Of a stretch of 64,000 nucleotides of DNA, positions 60,047 to 64,000 are shown in pieces. Every line of letters starts with the position of its first letter. Positions within the stretch are counted from its first letter, which is position 1. Where the stretch lies: contig CAJKMT010000002.1 in the NCBI GenBank assembly GCA_905201055.1, positions 723 through 64,722 on the forward strand, given 5' to 3'. A model generated the notes under the pieces. The model was not told the DNA's origin, ran no database searches, and saw nothing but the letters and a program-made list of their open reading frames with translations. The position numbers and the translations under genes are program-made. This DNA comes from an uncultured Sutterella sp. (lineage in GTDB: Bacteria > Pseudomonadota > Gammaproteobacteria > Burkholderiales > Burkholderiaceae_F).

Positions 60047-61318
60047 ATGCATGTATCGGCACATCGGGCATTCGGGCTTTTGCGGGAGCTGGGATATGAG
60101 CGGGTGAGCGGCTCCGCGCAGGAGCGGGCAGTGGCCCAGCGGCTGCTGGAGGAAGTCCAGGGGGCGGGCGTAGCGGCGCACCTGGAGGAATTTTCCGTGC
60201 CCTGCGGGCGCGTGAAGCACGCCCGGCTGAAGGTGACCGAACCCTACGAAAAGGAGTATGAAGTCACCGGCTACCAGCGTGCCCGCTCCACCCCGGCAGA
60301 AGGGCTGGACGGAGCATTCTACTACGCGGAAAATGTGTTGCCCGCGCACCTGCAGCAGGCCGCTGGCAAAATCGTATTGATCAACGGCCGGTTGCGCCGC
60401 AAGGATTATGAGGCCCTGCAAAAGGCGGGGGTAGCGGCCATCCTGACCTTTTCCGGCAGCACCCTGGACCGCCGCAGCGAAACGGACTGCGACATCCGCA
60501 AGCTGCGGGAAACCCTCACCGAGACCTTCGGGGACGCGGTGGCCCTGAACCTGCGGGCGGCGGACGCGGCGGAAATGGTGCGCCGGGGCGCGAAAACGCT
60601 GCATCTGGAGCTGGAGGGCGAAAGCTATGACGGCGTGAGCCAGAACGTCTGCGCAGAGATTCCTGGCACGGATCGGCCCCAGGAGATCATCTCCTTCGGC
60701 GCGCATTACGACAGCGTGTATTTTTCCTCCGGCGTGTACGATAACCTGTCCGGCAGCGTCATCCTGCTGGAACTGCTGCGGTACTTCGCCGCGCATCCGC
60801 CCCGCCGGACGCTGAAGTTCAACTGGTTCGGCTCGGAGGAACAGGGCCTGCTGGGCAGCAAGGCCTGGACCGCCGCCCATGCGGATGAGCTGGACAAGCA
60901 TCTGCTGATGATTAACCTGGACGTGGCAGGCGCCACCCTGGGCCAAAACAGCGCGCCGGTGCTGGCCACTCCCGCCGCCACCGCCTACGTGGATGGCCTG
61001 ATGCGGGAGATGGGCACGGCCTGCCTGGTCAAGTCCGACATATACTCCAGCGACTGCATCCCCTTCGCGGATCACGGCGTACCGGCGGTGAACCTGTGCC
61101 GCTTCGGCGCGCCGGGGGCCAACTATATCCATGACCGCCGGGACAGCCTGAAAAGCGGCTACCTGGATGAGCACGCCCTGGACATCACCCTGCAGCAGGC
61201 GCTGTTCCTGGCCTGCCGGGTGGTGAACGCGGAGGTATTCCCCATTGCCCGGGAGATCAGTGACGAGATCCGGCAGAAGGTGGATGAATATCTTTTCCGC
61301 AAGGAGCCCAAGGATTGA
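60047..61318 (+). CDS. M28-family aminopeptidase with PA-like insert
   Basis: GAHYDS, GVYDNLSG, GSEEQGLLGS, INLD, SSD, IHDRRD; SD AAGGAGG. Confidence 0.88.
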   Translation: MHVSAHRAFGLLRELGYERVSGSAQERAVAQRLLEEVQGAGVAAHLEEFSVPCGRVKHARLKVTEPYEKEYEVTGYQRARSTPAEGLDGAFYYAENVLPAHLQQAAGKIVLINGRLRRKDYEALQKAGVAAILTFSGSTLDRRSETDCDIRKLRETLTETFGDAVALNLRAADAAEMVRRGAKTLHLELEGESYDGVSQNVCAEIPGTDRPQEIISFGAHYDSVYFSSGVYDNLSGSVILLELLRYFAAHPPRRTLKFNWFGSEEQGLLGSKAWTAAHADELDKHLLMINLDVAGATLGQNSAPVLATPAATAYVDGLMREMGTACLVKSDIYSSDCIPFADHGVPAVNLCRFGAPGANYIHDRRDSLKSGYLDEHALDITLQQALFLACRVVNAEVFPIAREISDEIRQKVDEYLFRKEPKD

Positions 61319-61474
61319 GCCCCCTGCGCCGGTGAAGGCGGCGTCGCCTTTCCCCGGTGGAAGGAATTGCCCCGCGGGCGCAGAATATAAACGGTTGGAG
61401 TTTTGAAGCGGCGGGCCACAGCCCGTAGGCCGCGCCTTGCCTGGGTGCGGACACGGAAACCCAAGGAGGACGGC

Positions 61475-61822
61475 ATGGGAAAGATTATCGCGGAAATGGC
61501 GGCCACCATTGCGGTGGTACCCCTTTGCGCCACCTATCTGCCGGGCATCCACTGCGCCAATGTGGAGTTCGGGGTGGTAACCGGCCTGGCGCTGGCGATA
61601 CTGTACCTGCTGCTGCGGCCCATCGCCCGGGCGCTCACGGGACTCATCGGGTGCCTGACCTTTGGGCTGACAAACATTCTGGTGGATGCGGGGCTGGTGC
61701 TGCTGTGCGCCAACGTCATGAAAGAGGGATTCCGCGTGGACTCCTTCTGGTGGGCGCTGGCCCTGGCCCTGGCCATCAACGCGGCCCGGGCGGTCCTGGG
61801 CGGTCTATTCAAAAAGAAGTAA
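61475..61822 (+). CDS. YvlD-like 4-TM membrane protein (phage holin family 4)
   Basis: LLRPI, LTFGL, GFRVDSFWWAL; SD AAGGAGG. Confidence 0.8.
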   Translation: MGKIIAEMAATIAVVPLCATYLPGIHCANVEFGVVTGLALAILYLLLRPIARALTGLIGCLTFGLTNILVDAGLVLLCANVMKEGFRVDSFWWALALALAINAARAVLGGLFKKK

Positions 61823-61842
61823 ACGCGGGAGGAAAAAACGGC

Positions 61843-62289
61843 ATGATTGCGCTGGCATGCGACCATACGGGCATTGAACTGAAACAGGAAATCAAAAAGC
61901 TGCTGGATGAAATGGGTCTGACCTACAAGGACTTTGGTACCAACGAGCCGGTGAGCTGCGACTACCCCATTTACGGCTACCGGGCGGCCAAGGCCGTGGC
62001 CCAGGGCGAGTGCGACCGGGGCTTCCTGATCTGCGGCACGGGCATCGGCATCGGCATTGCCGCCAGCAAGGTGAAGGGCATCCGCGTGTGCACCTGCTCG
62101 GACGTATACTCGGCGGAGCTGAGCAAGCGTCACAACAACAGCAATATCCTGACCATGGGCGCCCGGGTGGTGGGCGTGGATCTGGCCAAGATGATCGCCA
62201 CCCACTGGCTCACCGCCGAGTTTGAGGGCGGAAGGCACCAGCGCCGGGTGGACGAAATCACCGCCATCGAAAACGGCGAGGAGCTGTAA
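61843..62289 (+). CDS. rpiB: Ribose-5-phosphate isomerase B
   Basis: ACDHTG, DYP, CGTGIG, HNNSNIL, FEGGRHQRRV; ATG 61843 after GGAGG. Confidence 0.94.
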   Translation: MIALACDHTGIELKQEIKKLLDEMGLTYKDFGTNEPVSCDYPIYGYRAAKAVAQGECDRGFLICGTGIGIGIAASKVKGIRVCTCSDVYSAELSKRHNNSNILTMGARVVGVDLAKMIATHWLTAEFEGGRHQRRVDEITAIENGEEL

Positions 62290-62406
62290 AAAAGAAACGG
62301 CGAAGCGGGTTCTCTCACGCTGAAAAGCATGGCAAGCGTGAAGAGATCCCGCTTTTTTTCACAAAAACACGCTTTTCCGCGGAGTACCTAGTCGTTTTTT
62401 GGGGAA

Positions 62407-62435
62407 TGGACAGCCGGGCTGCAAAAAGGTATAAT
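62407..62435 (+). promoter_or_regulatory. Sigma-A/70 promoter
   Basis: TGGACA-17 nt-TATAAT upstream of the GH105 gene. Confidence 0.7.
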
Positions 62436-62565
62436 GGAAACAGAAATTGTCGCAGCTGGAACAGCGTTGCGCACATCATGAAAAATCCTGTGAAAATCCG
62501 CCCTGAATCCACCCCCGCACGCAGGCGGACCATGACAAATCATACAAAGGAGGTAAGGATATACC

Positions 62566-63615
62566 ATGGCTACCATACAATTTGACCGGGAGGAAGTGCT
62601 CCAAGCCATCGATGCGGTGGCACGTCAAACCATGAACATGGATATGCCCTGGGACTGGCCCTGTGGCGTGGCCTATTACGGCCTGTGCGAGGCAGCCCGG
62701 GCCACTGGCCGGGAGGAATACCTGCAGCTGATGAAAGAGCGGGTGGATGAATATATCGAGCTGGGCCTGCCGGGCTGGACCGTGAACACCTGCGCCATGG
62801 GGCATGCCATGCTCACCCTGCACCAGTGGACCGGAGACCAGCGCTATAAGGCCATTGCGGAGCAGAAGATCGACTACCTGTGCAATCAGGCTCCGCGCTT
62901 TGGGGATCATGTGCTGCAGCATACCGTATCCGCCAAGAACGATTTTCCCGAGCAGTGCTGGGCGGATACGCTGATGATGGCGGCATATTTCATGCTGCGG
63001 GCAGGCGTGGCCTGGAACGATCCCGCGCTGGTGGACGACGCCCTGAACCAGTACTACTGGCATATCGCATATCTGCAGGATAAAAAGACCGGCCTGTGGT
63101 ACCACGGGTACAACAACATCACCAGGGACCACATGTCCGGCTTCTACTGGGGCCGTGCCAATGCCTGGGCCGCCTTTACCATGAGCAAGGTAAACCGTAC
63201 CCTGCCCGAGTGCTACCTGTACCCCAGATACATGGACGTGGCGGGGTCCCTTACCGAGCAGCTGGCAGCCCTGAAGCGGTTACAGACGGAAAACGGCCTG
63301 TGGCGCACGCTCCTGGACGACCCGGAGAGCTATGAGGAGGTTTCCGCCTCCTGCGGCATCGCCGCGGCCATGACCATCCAGGGCAATCCCCTGTACATCA
63401 AGTATGTAAGCAAGTCCGTGCGGGGCGTAATGGACAACATTACGCCCGAGGGCCGGGTGCTGAACGTCAGCGGCGGCACCGCCGTGATGAAGGACCGGGA
63501 GGGGTACCGGAACATCTCCCGGGCCTGGACCCAGGGCTGGGGACAGGGACTGGCCCTGGCTTTCCTGGCCGCTGTGCTGGAGCAAGGCAAGGAGCCCGTG
63601 GACGGTGCGCTGTAA
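62566..63615 (+). CDS. GH105 (GH88/105) unsaturated glycuronyl hydrolase, YteR-like
   Basis: WDWPCGV, WADTLMM, GLWYHG, WGRANAW, GLWRT, EVSASC, WGQG. Confidence 0.88.
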   Translation: MATIQFDREEVLQAIDAVARQTMNMDMPWDWPCGVAYYGLCEAARATGREEYLQLMKERVDEYIELGLPGWTVNTCAMGHAMLTLHQWTGDQRYKAIAEQKIDYLCNQAPRFGDHVLQHTVSAKNDFPEQCWADTLMMAAYFMLRAGVAWNDPALVDDALNQYYWHIAYLQDKKTGLWYHGYNNITRDHMSGFYWGRANAWAAFTMSKVNRTLPECYLYPRYMDVAGSLTEQLAALKRLQTENGLWRTLLDDPESYEEVSASCGIAAAMTIQGNPLYIKYVSKSVRGVMDNITPEGRVLNVSGGTAVMKDREGYRNISRAWTQGWGQGLALAFLAAVLEQGKEPVDGAL

Positions 63616-63876
63616 CCCGTCGAAAAAGAAACGCTTGTGAAATTCTCGTCCAGGAAAGGCTTTCTTTGGTACTGTGGAGGATCAGCGCGGGAAATCAACC
63701 CGTCGCCGCAAAGGCACCCGGGAACCCTGGCGCCGTAACGGTAGCGGCCAATCAGGCCGAAGAAACGGCGCATGCTCGCTCTGTAACAGAAAACCGGCTC
63801 CGCCATGGAGGAAAGCCCAGCCTCCATGGCGTATTTTTCTCAAGTGAATCACACGCGGAAAGGAAGCGGATATACC

Positions 63877-64000
63877 ATGGCCGATATTCAGGCCCTTACC
63901 CGGGAATGGCAGGCCCCGGCGCTGCCGGAGAGCATTCCCCAGGGGGACATGCCCGGAGATAAAATCTGCATTACCGAAGAGCACCGCCGGAAGGCGGAAA
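63877..64000 (+). CDS. Partial CDS running off the window (MADIQALTREWQAPALPESIPQGDMPGDKICITEEHRRKAE)
   Basis: ATG 63877 after AAAGGAAG; open to the end; not in the ORF track; function cannot be assigned from 41 aa. Confidence 0.65.
   Translation, partial: MADIQALTREWQAPALPESIPQGDMPGDKICITEEHRRKAE

Noticed and set aside
59960..61552. 530-aa minus-strand ORF, and similar shadows at 50765-51844, 57723-58832 and 14506-15144
   Set aside because: Each overlaps a well-supported gene on the opposite strand and has no family motifs.
61475..61822. Prophage suggested by the holin-family gene
   Set aside because: YvlD-like proteins are common chromosomal genes; no phage genes nearby.
61525..61842. 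Apparent N-terminal extension of RpiB (254-aa ORF)
   Set aside because: Overlaps the YvlD-like gene in another frame; the true start is ATG 61843 with a GGAGG SD.
1..64000. CRISPR arrays, tRNA/rRNA genes, IS transposases, integrases
   Set aside because: None recognised by eye; intergenic regions are short and show no repeat-spacer periodicity or cloverleafs.

Overview
The window appears to hold two different genomes. Bases 1 to ~59,680 are ~50% GC (estimated by eye) and look like a gut Burkholderiales chromosome, probably Sutterellaceae (inference from protein families and gene order). This part carries: a Gammaproteobacteria-type hisGDCBHAF(IE) operon with a His-leader attenuator missed by the ORF track; an aspartate-derivative locus (frameshifted dcuC, iadA, a D-threo-3-hydroxyaspartate dehydratase-like enzyme, dcuA/B-like); polA with a catalytically dead 3'-5' exonuclease domain; and a ~7 kb accessory block. 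That block has an MFS gene divergent from a candidate Pho-box operon encoding alkaline phosphatase, a Tat CxxC protein, a LolD/FtsX-type ABC pair and a Tat-exported HD phosphohydrolase, and it ends in a group II intron DV-DVI remnant. Core genes follow: tusA, alaS, metC, hemN, fnr, mltD, fabI, nadK, recN, fur, bamE, zapB/zapA, yecA, mnmC, ettA, usp, tcdA, dppABCDF, ppx, ppk1. From ~59,690 to the end the DNA is clearly more GC-rich with Clostridia-like genes (M28 peptidase, YvlD-like protein, rpiB, GH105, a partial ORF). The switch falls inside ppk1 at the conserved NLDEFFMV motif, most likely a chimeric assembly join. The best candidate for an undescribed system is the phosphatase + metal-handling ABC + Tat HD-hydrolase operon. 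No database searches were run; family calls come from remembered motifs.
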